From Torpedo marmorata (Eukaryota), in contig OZ360221.1 of assembly GCA_977017645.1 (NCBI GenBank), positions 156,116,001 to 156,180,000 of the forward strand: a DNA stretch of 64,000 nt, written 5' to 3'. Of the stretch, positions 12,401 to 27,400 are shown one piece after another (position 1 is the first letter of the stretch; each line of letters starts with the position of its first letter). The translations under genes and the position numbers were made by a program. A model generated the notes under the pieces. The model did not search any database. It was not told where the DNA came from and worked only from the letters and a program-made list of their open reading frames with translations.

Positions 12401-15400
12401 AGAATAACTGTAGAAGCAATACAATTAATGGGATCCTTAGATATTATAAATATCAGGGAGTAAGCTTCTGTAGTGTTCACTTGATCATCTACAGCAACCT
12501 TGCCCAGAACTTGCCCAGATCAATCACTACGTCCAAAAATTTGGTTTCAAAAAGGGATTAAAAAAGTAAATGATTGTTTTGAAGCTGGTAAATTTATTAC
12601 TTTTCAAAGAATGAAAGAGAAGTTTAATGTATTAAATAATACACTCTTTGCTTATTATCAAATAAGAGCATTTTTAGTTGAAAAGTTGGGTCATAGTTTA
12701 ATTTTACCAAGACAAAGTGAACTGGAGCTACTAGTTACTAATGAGGGTATAAATAAATTTATTTCTCAAATGTATAGATTGTTACAGAAAAAAATGCCCT
12801 AAACCAGGAATTCATAAATCAAGATTAAAATGGGAATCAGATTTGAATGTAACAATAGATGAGGAATATTGAAAAGAAATATGTAAACAAAGTATGACTA
12901 GAATTATTAATGTTAGATATAGGTTCATGCAATATAATTTTTTGCATCAATTATATTTAAAGCCTAAGAAACTAATGACATTTAACTCGAGATGATCAGA
13001 TTTATGTTTCAGATGTAATAGAGAAGAAGGTTCTTTTGTACATTCTACGTGGCTTTGTCCAAAGATACATGCTTTTTGGTTGAAAGTTAAAAAGTTTTTA
13101 GACAAAGTATTAAGAATTACACTCCCAATGAATCCTATGATATTTTTGTTTGGAGATATTAAAAGAATTAGTATTAAAATGAGATTAAATATGTACCAAA
13201 TAGAATATGCGAATTGCTCATGCATACCAATTGAAAAAATTACATAATTTACGTAATAAATATCATTTCTTTTTGAAGGTATGGAGCCCATATACAAAAA
13301 CTGTGGGTTTAAAGATTTGAAGATCTCTTGATACCAGGTCTGACTGGAGAACCTGTGTTCCACAATAAAATTAATGTATAGTTGTTTTTTCTTTTAGATT
13401 GACATTCTCCACATTCTATTCTTTTTTTTATTTTCTCTCTATTTTATTAGAGTAGTAGAGGGGGTGGGTTAGGGAGGGGGAAGGGAGGGAGGGGAGGGTG
13501 AAAATATATCACATGTATTCTGATAATTTTGAATTTTATAAACATGTATTATCGTGTGATTAAAAATTTTAAATAAAATATTTTTTTAAAAAATTAGGTA
13601 TAAATACCAAAGAAAATTTGTAATTTGTAAGACTCACACTGGCGAGGGTAGGGTAATAAAATAAGTGGTTGAGATTATAAAATTATAAGCAAGGATATAT
13701 AGAACCAGAATTTTCCTGATCATTAAAAGATCCAGAGTGGGAGAGCAGAAACGCAATATGAAATATAAAAGATTTAAAACAGAATTTAACTGACTGCTTT
13801 GGTTTCTTTATTATTTAAAGAGAGATGTTCAGGGAAAATAATACTTTTCATTTTAATAATTATAGTGCTTATTTGCAAAGTAATTAAAATTGAAATTGCT
13901 TTACAAAGGATATTCATACTTTCGATGAGCAAAACAAGCCTATGAATAGCTCCCTTGGAACATTTAATGTCGACATTTCATACACCTTTATGCAATATAA
14001 AGCCTGTCATTTATAATATTGCTAATTGAATATTGTTGTGATAGTTGGTGGATGTCACATCATGGCTGCTTCCTAATCATTACCTCTTCACACATTCAAC
14101 CCTAAATTGCGTCAGTCAACCTCTGCAGCACGAGTAGTTGATCCGGACATTATTTTAAATTAATACTTTATATTTGGCTTAAAGTAAAAACACACAATGT
14201 TGGAGAAACTCAGCAGGTGAAACAGTGTCCTTTATATAGCAAAGATAAAAATACATAACTGACGTTTCGGGCTTTATATTTGGCTGACTGCCACTCAAGC
14301 CATTAACCGAATTTAACGAACATAACAATATGGTGAATAAAATTGTTCAGAAGAAGCTACTTGTATTAAGTTGACCCCCAGTTTAGTCTGACAACCTTCA
14401 GAGAAGTGAGACTGCACAATTCTTAATTTCAAGAAATATCTCAGCACACTGAATACAGTGATGGCAATCAGCCCTTCTAACATCCTGACTATTGTGCTAA
14501 TCCTTTACAATTACATCACTGGTATTTACATCATTACAGAAAATAGTCCAGGTGTCCTTCCAAGTAGCATAATTAATGTAATCTGCCTTTTCGCAGTCCT
14601 CTGTAAAGAAATAGAAGTTGTCATTTGCAGTGTGATTGGACACTCAGAACCAATTAATTGAAACTCGCTTGTATTCCGTCAAAGCTATTGAACTCAAGAT
14701 AACATAGTCTTGGTCTAAATATACACAAATAGGCTAGATACTAAAGAAGAAGTAAAAGAGAGCTTGAAGACACAATTTGATTGAACGTTTCATCGAGAAG
14801 CACTAGAAGGAATAATCAATGGAAATTGGGAAGAAACCGCTAGAGAGTTACAAAAATTGCATAATATAATTTTTTTGTAGCTGTTGGAGGCCATCTCAGG
14901 ACATTGCTGTGGGAGTGCGCAAGGTCCAAACATGCCAGCTTTTCATTAATGAAGTTCTTCCACATAAGGTGGAAAGAGGGGGGTGATGATTGCACATTAT
15001 TAATTTCCATTCATAACTCCTTAGATTGTGAATAATGTTCAGCCATCATCCCTTGGTTCAAGGTTATGTGGAGAAAAATAAATGAATGAAAAAGTTAGAA
15101 TGTCGAATAGTGCAGTTTGACCTGCAAACAGTCTAACTGTGCAAGTTCATTACCATCAATTTTCATACGTGTAGTGCTCAAAAATACAGGCAGTGTGACC
15201 AACTTTAGAAAAATATTCCAGATGGAGCTTGATCAGAATGTTGTTCAAGGTATTCATGATGCCCTTTGTTTTATATTGGATTGGCCCAACTATGTTTTCC
15301 AATACTGTTTGTTTCTGCTACAGCTTCTTAATACTGGTTATGAAAAATTATAGTGCATAGTCCATACTTCCTACCAGAATTTTTGATGGTGTCAATAAAA

Positions 15401-18400
15401 GAGTTGGAGACTCAGGATCCTGTCAGAAATTCCACCCTGACCCAAGGTGTTTTATTTTGGGTAATGTGCAGGTCCAGTAAAGAAATGTGATACTAAACTA
15501 ATCAGAAATGGGGAAAAAGGCTTATGAAAGACTGCAGTAGCTTGATAGAAATAAGGATAATTGATCGTGGGAGACCAGAATAGTTATCTTGCACAAAATT
15601 TGATGAGGTGGGTATTGCAAATATATATCTGGTAAAAAAAAATTGAAGCATCCCTTTCTGTCTTCCATAGACCTACCTTCATTTAACCATCTAGATCTTG
15701 ATGTTTCATTGTCATGTCCTGGAACAACAGATGAAACTTGTGCTCATTGGGATCACAAAGTTCAGCTTTATGTGTGCTGCAAAGAAAACAGCTCGTACTG
15801 CAACCTTGAACTTGGGAGATGGATTACACCATTCCGGAGGTAAACAAGTACTTTGAACTCATTCCATATCCCACCACCTTATACGGTAAAAAAAGATGTC
15901 CCTCAAGTCCGTTTTATATCTATCTCTTCTCATCTTACATTTGTGCCCTCCAGTTTTAGATTCCCTGCTCTGTGGAAGAAAAAAGACTGACTATTTACCT
16001 TATCTATGTGCCTTATAATTTTATAAACCTAAGGTTCCCCCCTCAGTCTCCTACGCTCCAGGGAGTAAAGGCCCAGTTTGTACAGCCTCTCCTTATAATT
16101 CAAGCCCAGTAACTTTCTTGTAAATCTTTTTGAAGCCTTTCCAGCTTAATGACACCATTCTTATTGCTCGCTGATGAGAACTGCACAGAGTACTGAATTG
16201 CACTCAATATTCTAAGTGTGGTCTCACCAATGTCTTGTCCAGTAGTGACATGACATCACTGCTCATGTACTCAATGCCCTGACCAATGACATCGAAAACC
16301 CTGGCAAATTTCTACAGAAATTTCTACAGGTGGAAAGTGTGCTGACTGGCTGCATCACGGTCTGGTATGGGGACACCAATGTCCCTGAATGTAAAGCCCT
16401 GCAAAAGATAGTGGTCACAGCTCAGGACATGACGGGTAAAACCCTCCCCACTGTTGAGAACATCTACAGGGAACGCTGCCATCAGAGAGCAGCAGCAATT
16501 ATCAAGGATCCACACCACCCAGCACATGCTCTGTTCTCGCTGCTACCATCAGGAAAGAGGTATGGGTGCCACAAGACTCACACCACCAGGTTCAGGAACA
16601 GCTGCTACCCCTCCCCCATCAGACTCCTCAACAACAAACTCAATCAAGGACTTGTTTACGGACTCTTATTTTTGCACTTAATTGATTTTTTTCTCTCTTT
16701 CTGTATTGTACGTTGAGTCCGTTTTTTTTTGCACTGCCAATAAGTGGTAATTCTGCCTCGCCCGCAGGAAAAAGAATCTCAGAGTTGTATGTACTCTGAC
16801 AATAAATCTGAAATCTGAATCTGAAGGCAAACATACCAAGTGCCTTTTTCACCACACCTGGGCATTGGTTGGACAGGAGCAAGATCAGAGTGGGGAAGCC
16901 AGGGTCATGGAATGACATTGGAGGGATGTGCCCTCGGCCTTAAGGGATTGCACATGTGGTTTGGGAGTGAGATTCGGGAGTGGTGTAGGCATTAATGCCA
17001 TGTGAGGGCATGGTGTTTCAATGGAACAAAGAAAATTAATTTATAGGGGTTGTTTCAACACTGCATTTTGGAGGCATAGTGGTCCTTGGAATGACCAACA
17101 ATGACTGTACATGAAGTGACCTGGTATAATTTCCCATACAATCGAAAAGGAACTTGATGTTGGGAATTATGCAGTCCTGCGTGTGAGTAATATAGGAATC
17201 ATTACAGGTGTATTAATCAGACATAGAACACTACAGCACAATACAGGCCCTTCAGCCCTCGATGTTGTGTCGACCCATATATCCCTAATGTCTAAGAGTC
17301 TCTTAAATGCCCCTAATGTTTCAGCCTCCACCACCATCTCAGGCAAGGCATTCCAGGCACCCACAACTCTCTGTGTAAAAAACTTACCCCTAATGTCTCC
17401 CCTAAACTTACCTCCCCTAACTTTGTGCATATGTCCTCTGGTGTTTGCCATTCCTGCCCTGGGAAACAGGCGCTGGCTGTCCACCCTATCTATACCTCTC
17501 ATAATCTTGTAGACCTCTATTAAGTCTCCTCTCATCCTTCTACACTCCAAAGAGAAAAGTCCCAGCTCTGCTAACCATGCCTCATAAAACTTGTTTTCCA
17601 ATCCAGGCAACATCCTTGTAAATCTCCTCTGCACCCTCTCCATGGCTTCCACATCCTTCCTATAATGAGGTGACCAGAACTGAACACAATACTCTAAGTG
17701 TGGTCTCACCAGAGATTTGTAGAGTTGCAACATGACGTCTCTACTCCTGAACTCAATCCCCCTATTAATGAAGCCCAGCATCCCATAGGCCTTCTTAACT
17801 ATCCTATCAACCTGTGTGGCGACCTTGAGGGATGTATGGATTTGAACCCCAAGGTCCCTCTGTTCATCCACACTCCTAAGTATCTGACCATTAACCCTGT
17901 ACTCAGCCTTCTGGTTTGTCCTTCCAAAATGCATCACCTCACACTTATCCGGATTGAACTCTATCTGCCACTTTTCTGCCCAACTCTGCATCCTGTCTAT
18001 ATCCTCTTGTAACCTTTGACAACATTCAGCTCCATCCACAACTCCTCCAACCTTCGTGTCATCCGCAAACTTACTGACCCATCCTTCCGCCTCTTCATCC
18101 AGGTCATTTATAAAAATCACAAAGAGCAGGGGTCCCAGAACAGATCCTTGCGGCACTCCACTAGACACCGACCTCCAGGCAGGATACTTTCCTTCCACTA
18201 CTACTCTCTGCTTTCTTCCTGCAAGCCAATTTTTTATCCACACAGCCAAGGTTCCACTGATCCCATGCCTCATGACTTTCTGGATGAGTCTCTCGTGGGG
18301 GACCTTGTCAAATGCCTTGCTAAAATCCATGTAGACCACATCTACCACACTACCCTCATCAATTTCTTTTGTTACTTCCTCAAAAAACTCAATTAGGTTT

Positions 18401-21400
18401 GTGAGGCACGACCTTCCCTTCACAAAGCCATGCTGACTATCCTTGAGAAGACTGTACTTCTCCAAATGCTCATAGATCCTATCCTTAAGAATCCTCTCCA
18501 ATAGTTTGCACACCACAGACGTAAGACTCACCGGTCTATAGTTACCAGGATTCTCCCTATTACCTTTTTTAAACAAGGGGACTACATTTGCCATTCTCCA
18601 ATCCTCTGGCACATCCCCTGCGGCCAAAGAGGATTCAAAGATCATCGCTACTACCCCAGCTATCTCTTCTCTCACTTCCCTCGGCAACCTGGGGTATATC
18701 GCGTCCGGCCCCAGGGACTTATCAATCTTGATGTTTCTAAGAAGTTCCAACACTTCCTCTTCCTTAATCTCCACATTGTCCAGCACACAAGCCTGTTCTA
18801 TTCCGACCTCACCCTGATCAAGGTCCTTTTCTTTTGTGAATACTGAAGCAAAGTGTTCATTTAGGACCTCCCCAACCTCCTCCGCCTCCAGGCACATTTC
18901 GCCTCCTTTATCCTTTAGCGGCCCCACCCTCATTCTCGTCATCCTTCTGTTCTTCACATACGCATAGAACGCCTTGGGGTTCTCCTTAATCTTACATGCC
19001 AAAACCTTCTCATGCCCCCTTCGAGCTCTCCTAAGTCCTTTCCTAAGCTCCTTCCTGGCTACCATATACTTGCAGTTTCCTGCTTCCTATATCTAATATG
19101 TGCTTCCTTCTTCCTCTTGACTAGTTGCCTCACCTGTTTCGGCAACCATGGTTCCCTTTTCCTACCATCTTTTCCTTGTCCCAGTGGGACAAACCTATCC
19201 TGAACCCAACATAAGTGATCCCTAAACTTCCTCCACATTAGTTCTGTGCTTTCACCCTTGAGCATCTGTTTCCAATTTACTCTCGCTAGTTCCTGCCTCA
19301 TCCCTTCATAATTAGCCTTTCCCCAGTTATGTACTTTCCTATTTTGTCTGTTTTTATCCTTTTCCATAGCTATGCTGAAGCTAAGGGAGTTGTGGTCACT
19401 CTCACCAAAATGCTCCCCCACCGAGTGGTCTGTCACCTGACCAGGTTCACTACCCAGAACTAGATCCAGTATGGCCTCTCTCGTCAGCCGGTCCAGATAT
19501 TGTGTCATGAATCCTTCTTGAACACACTTGACAAATTCAGCCCCATCTATCCCTCTTGCAGTCAGGAGGTGCCAGTCAATATTAGGGAAGCTGAAATCAC
19601 CCATAACTACAACCCTGTATTTCCTGCACCATTCCAAGATCTGACTGCTTATCTGCTCCTCGGTGTCCCGAGGGCTATTTGGGGGTCTATAGACTACTCC
19701 CAGCACAGTGATAGCTCCCTTCCTATTTCTGACCCACCCACACTGACTCAGTGGACAATCCCTCTGCAGCGTCCTCCCTTTCTATAGCCGTGATGCTATC
19801 CCTGACCAGTAATGCTACTCCTCCTCCTTTTCTACCTCCCATCCTTTTCCTTTTAAAACTCCTAAACCCCAGTACCAGCATCAGCCAATCCTGCCCATCC
19901 TCCAGCCAAGTTTCTGTAACGGCCACAACATCGTAGTTCCACGTACTGATCCATGCTCTAAGTTCATCCCCTTTATTCCTAATACTCCTAGCATTGAAAT
20001 AGACACATTTCAACCCCCCTAACTGGCTACATTTATGTTTTGTCCCCTGCCTGTCTTTCCTCACCAACTCAGAACACATAGCTTCATGCTTTTGTCCTTC
20101 TACCTTAATCTCTGAACTCACATTCTGATTCCCACCCCCCTGCCAAACTAGTTTTAAACCCTCCCCAACAGCTCTAGCAAACTTACCCGCCAGGTTATTG
20201 GTCCCCCTCCAGTTCAGGGGCAGCCTGTCCTTTTTGTACAGGTCAGACGTTCCCCAGAAGAGATCCAGAAATCTGAACCCCTGCCCCCTGCACCAACTCT
20301 TCAGCCACGCATTCATTTGCCACAAAATCCTGTTCCTATCCTCTCTAGCGCGTGGCACAGGCAGCAATCCTGAGATTACCACCCTTGAGGTCCTGCTTTT
20401 TAACTTCTTTCCTAACTCCCTATATTCCCTCTTCAGGACCTCATCCCTACTCCTATCTATGTCATTGGTCCCCACGTGGACCACAACATCTGGCTGCTCA
20501 CCCTCCCCCTCCAGAATGTTATGAACTCAATCAGAGACATCCCTGTTGACCCTGGCACCTGGGAGGCAACATACCATCCGGGAGCCTCGATCTCATTCAC
20601 CAAACCTCCTATCTGCTCTCCTAACCAATGAGTCCCCAATTACCATAGCTCTCCTCTTCTCCCCCTTCCCTTCTGAGCCGAGGGCCCATCCCCTGCGCCA
20701 GAGACGTGACCATCACGACTGGTCCCCAGTAGATCGTCACCCCCAACAGTATCCAAAACAGTATACATTGTTGAGGGGAATGGCCACAGGGGTGCTCTGC
20801 ACTATCTTCCTATTCCCCTTCCCTCTCCTAACAGTCACCCAGTTACCTGTCTCCTGACTTTTAGGTGCGACTGTCTCCCTGAAGCTCCTCTCTATCACTG
20901 CCTCGGCCTCTTGAATGATCCTGAGTTCAACCTGAGTTCATCCAGCTCCAGCTCCAGCTCCAGCTTCCTAACACGGTCTCCCAGGAGCTGCAGCTGGATG
21001 CACCTCTTGTAGGTGTAGTCATCAGAGACAATTGTGCTGTCCCAGATTTCCCACATCCTGCAATCATACCCAGAGGTGACTAGTCAAATATCCCGAATTA
21101 TTCAAAGCAAGTCAGAGTGGTTTAAGGTGAGTGGAGGAAAGTTTAGGGGAGATGTCAGAGGCAGGTTTTTTACTCAGAGACTGGTGGGTGCCTGGAATGC
21201 ATTGCTGGGGATGGTGGTGGCTGGTACAATAGGGACATTGAAAAGGCTCAGATAGGCACATGGATGTAAGAAAAATAGAGGGTTATGGGTGTGAGGTGAG
21301 GAAAAATTAGATTGTCGTGGAGTAGGTTTCCATAGGTCAGCAGAACATCGTGGGCTGAAGGACCTGTACTGTGTGCAATGTTCTATTATCTTTTCCTCTC

Positions 21401-24400
21401 GCGATGGGTCGGCAGGCGGAGGAATTAATTTTCAATCATATAATGCTGGAAAAAACATATGATGTAATTGAATTTCCATTCTATTTTTCACTACTTTAAT
21501 TCATTCCTGATTAGAATTTTAGTGAATTGCCATCATACACTTTCCATATTTCCAATATTCTTACTATAATTCATGGTCAGGACAAGTTGTAGCCTAACCA
21601 ATAAGTACTTAACTAAGATCTCAGAATTTGATTTCTTTAAACAACAATTTTATCATGTTCAAGATTATTATTTTGGAAGAAAAATTTAAATGCAGATTTA
21701 CAAATTAAATGTACCGTAATTTATTTCCAAGGAGACAACATTTTTTGAACTTATCATTTTGATTCACTTTTTAAGATGAATGAAACAGAAGGAGTCTATG
21801 ATTTTTTTTTCAGCTCCTGGGATTACAAAAACTAACTACAAGTGAATACTAATGGGGTTTTTGCACATTTAGATTACTCTAAAACAGGAAGGATATATAA
21901 TTTTTGGTCCAGTGGGGAGCTTTCAAATAGGCAAGTAATCAATCATTGATAACAAAATAGTGAAAAGAGGAAGCTATGATGTTACTTCTGTTTTCACAGA
22001 TGCATTATTTTAAAGTCGAGCTTGTTCCTTTGTCTCCATTCTAATCCAAAAACTTTGGAGAGGACAAGCACTATTAGTCTTATCACATTTCAAACCTTGA
22101 AGCAAGGGCCGCCAATCTGTGAAGAAACTCAGCAAGTTATGCAGCATCCATAGGAAGTAAAGGCTGACCAACGTTTCAGATCTGGGAAGGGCCCAGGCCC
22201 GAAACATTGGTTATCCTTTACTTCCTAAGAATAACCTGCCAAGTTTCTCCAGCACATTTGTGTATTGCACTGGACCCCAGCATCTGCAGACTTTCTTGTT
22301 TAATGCCGCCAATCTGCAGTAGAGCATAAAAGCAGAAATGCTAGAACTCAACCAGTCAAGCAGAATCTGTGGAAAGAGATAATATTTCAGGTTGCATACC
22401 CTCCAATAGAGCTGAGAAAGAGACCAACTTGCTTTCTAAACAAAAGAAAAGGTGGGAAGGGCAATGGGTAAAACAAATGGAATAGTGTAACCATTGAACA
22501 ATAGACCATTGAACTCCATTGTCTGCGTTATAGGTTGTTGATGTTGTGAAGTCTGATTGATGGTGTATTGTCTGGCCTACAGGGACATGCCCATCAGGCC
22601 AGAATACCAAATGAAAGTAAAAAGGTGGGAGAGAAATAGAATAAACAAATGGCCTATCCTGAGGTTGGTCATTGAATTATGAAATGAGGGGAAATCTCAT
22701 GCAACTGTGGAATTTGCATCCTCATTAGGTTGTGAATGCTCAGTAATTAACTGTATTAAGGATGTGAACAATAGTTTTTTGATTCTAATAAAATCAAGAA
22801 ATACATTTGGACGGAGGAGAAAAGTAGAATAACAGCATTTTGGCAGTATCCATGGAAGGAGAAATAGAATTAACATTTGGGATCAGTAACTTTTCATCAG
22901 ACCTGGAAAAATGAGAAAACAAATGTGCTTTCAGTTGCAGAGATGGAGAGGAATGGAGGGAATGAGGAGAATGTCTGTAATAGGGTGGGGGCCAAGATTG
23001 TCAGTGCCTCAAATATTGTTGGTGTTGTCTAATAGAGGGTGGTGCATGCTTGTTAATCAGAGCCGATTTGGCTGGGGGAGTGTAAATGGAGAAAACAATG
23101 AATGAGGGCAATGGAGAGAAAAAGAATAATGCTGGGAACTTTGCTTCACATAAAGGTCACAATTGATGATTTCCTAAGTGCATTGCCACAAGAAGTCAAC
23201 TGGTATTAAATCATCTTCCAAAGCAAACCCATTGGTCTAGAAATTCTTGTACGCTAGTTTCAATGGATGGGAGAGTCATGTCTGCTTTAAGTTGATTGGT
23301 GAAGGGATGAGGAAGAAGTGCTAACATACAAAAAGCTTGATATAATCACGCATCCCTGGCCTTTTGCAGGATTATGCACATAGATCACGTGCTAATTGTG
23401 CAAACCTTTTGGATGATCCTTGCATCCCAGATGCAACTACATGGCTCTCTCTGGTAACTCAAATACAGCTGATGCAACTGACTGCCACAGGACGAGTGTC
23501 CAAATGCAAGGCAATAGCAATAACTTTCATAGCTGGAATGCTGGAATCCCTATACAAAAGGGAAGGTTGACACATGGTGTCCACAAAGCAAGTTATAATG
23601 GGCACTGACATTCTGCACTGCAAATGTGGACAGCAACCTATTAGATACTGCAGTTATTTTCATCTCCAGCCTGCCAAGTGCCTGATGCATATGTTTATGG
23701 CTCCATTCATCCTGATAATCACAAGCAAGGCAGACCTGATCAGAAGTTATTGCATTTCTCTTCTTTTTTGAAGTTCAGATGGGAGAATTGATCCTCAGCT
23801 TTAAAGTAGGCATGATGTCTTGCTACTTGCCTTCCTCACTCAGTTACAGCATATTTTCTCAGTCGGATGGTACCTCTGTCTCTGTCTTCTCTAAGATGGC
23901 ACCTGCTCCACGCAGCTCAGATTCTACTTTCGAACTGAAATGACATCAATAGCCCAAAACAATGTATTTTATGGAGACAAATAACAGAATGGAGAAAATG
24001 GAATCTGGAGCAACAGAAAAATAATCGGCTAGAGATACTCAGCAGGTCGAGAAGCATGAGAAGAAGGATTTTCGACCTTTCAGGTCAGCATCCTTTATCA
24101 AGCCCAATCAAAGGTCTTGATGAAGAGTTCCGACTTTAGGGTCGACAATTCTTTTTCTCCCACTGCTTCTCATCCCGCTGAGTTCCTCCAGCAGAGGTGG
24201 AAAATCTCATGATACGTTGCAAGAATAACAACCTGAGTCTCCATGTGAACAATACAAAGGAGAGGATTGTGGACTTCAGGGAGAGTAGGGTCGACCACCC
24301 TCCACTACACATTAAGGCTCAGTAGTGGAAAAACTAGAGAGCACCAAGTTTCTCAGAGTCCACTTCACAAGTGACCTATCGTGGACACGCAACATCTCCT

Positions 24401-27400
24401 CACTTGTCAGGAAGGTGCAACAGCGACTGCACTTCCTGAGAAGACTAAGGCGGGCAAAGCTACCGGCCACCATTCTGTCAAGTTTCTACAATATCTCTAT
24501 CGAGAGCGTCCTGGCCAGCTGCACCACAGTGTGGTATGGTCGCTGTCGAGCATTGGATCGGAGGTCAATCCACAGGACCATAAGAGGGGCAGAGAGGATC
24601 ACTGGGGTCTCCAAACCCCCCAAACCACCCCCCCCCCACCCATCGACGTGATCTACCGAGATCGTTGTTTGAAGAGGGCTTGCAAAATCCTTGAGGATCC
24701 CTACCACCCCGCACAGCATCTTTCAGCTACTCCCGTTGGGAAAGAGATACAGGAGTATTAGAGCCAGACCACCAGGCTGAGAATCAGCTTCTTCCCACGG
24801 GCAGTGAGACTGCTGAATGGCTGAATGAACTGCTCATACAAACCCTCCAAAACTATTTATTACACATAAATTATTTATTTTTTATCAATGTTTATGTACT
24901 GCATTTGTATCATTTGTCTGTATGTGTGTTACATCTGGATGTATGTTTGCATGTTTTGCACCAAGGACCGGAGAACGCTGTTTCGTCGGGTTGTACTTGT
25001 TCAATCGGATGATAATAAACTTGAATTTGAAGATTGGTTTTTGCACTGTACTTTATTGCAGCTAATTATTCTGAAATCAACTGCCTAGCCCTAGCCCTAG
25101 CCCTTTCCACATTTTCTTGCTGATGGAGACCACAATCTTTCAAGCCATTTTCACTAAATAAACCTCAATCAGGTAAAAATCCAAACTAGTGATGTTTGTT
25201 GCCTTCGCAGAATTAATTTAAATATTCAGGCGAGACCATGAGCTAATGCAAGTATTGTGTAGAATGCTGGTTGGGCCACAGCTTGAGTACTGTATACATT
25301 TCTAGCCAACACATAACAGAAAGAATGTGATGTACTGGCAAGTGTACAGAGCGAATTTATGAGGATCTTGCCAGGACAGAAAAGGTGTAGCTATGAGAAA
25401 AGATGAACCAAGTTATGGTTGTTTTTGTTAGGAACAAAAGAGATTATATTGTATTGTAGCCAGAGAATGGTAGGAAGCTGGAACCCACTTCCTAAAAGTG
25501 AGAAATAGTATCCTTTGTCATTAATGTAACATTATCTTTCTCTTGACTCTCCTTCCAAATATCTTTAGTTTCTTTCCTATCTTTCCTCAATCCCTGTGTG
25601 AGTTATCCCTGTCCATGAACATGACCCCCTGTTCCATCAGTTCTATCTCATCTATACATCCACCTTTTCATCTTTTCCCTCCTATGTTATCTGATCTTTT
25701 GAAGTCTTGTCAGGTACCGGTATTCATTTCCTTCAAGCCTCCACACCTTTTACTCAAAACACCACCCTTAATGTCTCAAGCTTTTGAAACAACCTCTTGC
25801 TTTTCTCTGTAAAGGCCTTGAATGTGCTGTCATATTTCAAATATATCCCCATTTTTCCTGGAATTTCATGCATGAATCTGGAATCAGGTTCCTGCCCTTC
25901 CACAGTATTAAAATGCATCTTATCGATGTTGCAAATAAAATCTCATTTGTCTCTAACAATGCTAGACCATCCCTCTTTGTCCTTCATGACTTGTCTGCAG
26001 CCAGTGACCCAGCTGAGTACACTATCTTCCAATGTCTTTCTTGTGTCATCCAGTGGCTGCTTCCATTAATATCTATGCAGCCTTGCACAAGTGCTTGACT
26101 GCAGTTTGCTTCCCTCTCTTGTGTCATTTCTTTTGGTGACCAGCGAGAAACTATTTTCATTGCCTTTTTTTTAATCATCGAAATGTTTTTCTTCAGTCAG
26201 GAAAAAAAAAGCACTTTACTTGTGTGCTGTGCAATGAGACAACCTAGCTCAACCTTGTCATGGTTGTTCTCATCCCGTTCGGTTCTGTAATTTGTCAGAT
26301 GTCTTATCAGGAAGGGAATATAATTGATCAGCTATTTGGAGTCAATAGAGAAAATGGTGAGTTTCATGAATAAAATTTGTTCACAAAGGATAAGACAGAA
26401 AACACAAAGAAAGCAAGGGAAAGATGATAGTTTGTGATTAAGAATTATGATTCTTGGAATTGGAGCCTGTGGGTAAAAAAATGGGAGAGGCGGATGATCC
26501 AATGGTCTCAATCATGGTGAAACAGAAGACCATGTATGTTTTGTTTTGATGAAGGCACTGGATTCAAAGGAGAAGGTTCAAAGGACTTTGTGAAGGAAAG
26601 AGTAAGTCGAGTTAATGGACAAAAGCAAGATGTGGCCCAATCAGATCTGACAGTCAATGGCTAAAACTGTATCTGTTTGTCAGCAAAATGTTGACTTGAG
26701 GTAATGGAGTTGGGGGAGGGGGGAGCACAAAACTGGGAGAGAAGCCACAGGTAACGAAAGTAATAGCTTTAAGAAGGACTAGGGTATTAATGAAGTTAAG
26801 GATGCAATTGAGCATATCAGAGTACAGAAGTCTTCTGGTGAAACCAAGATGTTTTACGTTTCATTAACCTAAGGATATTCTTCAGAAGTGAAAGGGCATT
26901 GTGGAAGGAGAGGCTGAGAGGTAAAGATTGATCCTCAAGCAGAGGCTACATTCTTTTCAGATTCTTATAAATTGGGCCATGTTTTTGAAACTGCATTTTA
27001 AAATTACATTCCTTCTTTGTCTCTCCTCATCAGCATTGAACGTTCAGCAGTAAGAATAATGTGGGTCAGGTATGAAATGAATACTTCTCTGCATTCACTA
27101 AGGAGAAAAACATTGTAGTTGTGGATTTCAAGGAGAGAAGGATTGGTGGGGACAATCCCTGTTGGATGTATCCTTGGTAGTTATGGGAGGCAAGGGAAGC
27201 GATTGCTGGGGCCCTGCTGGAGATTTTTTAATCTGTGTTGGCCACAGGAGAGGTACCAAATGACTGAGGACAACAAATGTAGAAGTTTATTCAAGAAGGG
27301 AAGTAAGCACTAAGATTGGAGGCGTTGTGGACAGCGAAGAAGGTTTTCAAAGCTTGCAGAGGGATCTGGACCAGCTGGAAAAATGGGCTGAAAAATGGCA

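Noticed and set aside
20938-20966. (TCCAGC)4 tandem repeat
   Set aside because: Expansion of the ELEL coiled-coil codons in CR1 ORF1.
25084-25103. (CCCTAG)3, and GGGTTAGGGTTAG near 62645, as interstitial telomere relics
   Set aside because: Only 2-3 units; compatible with chance or slippage.
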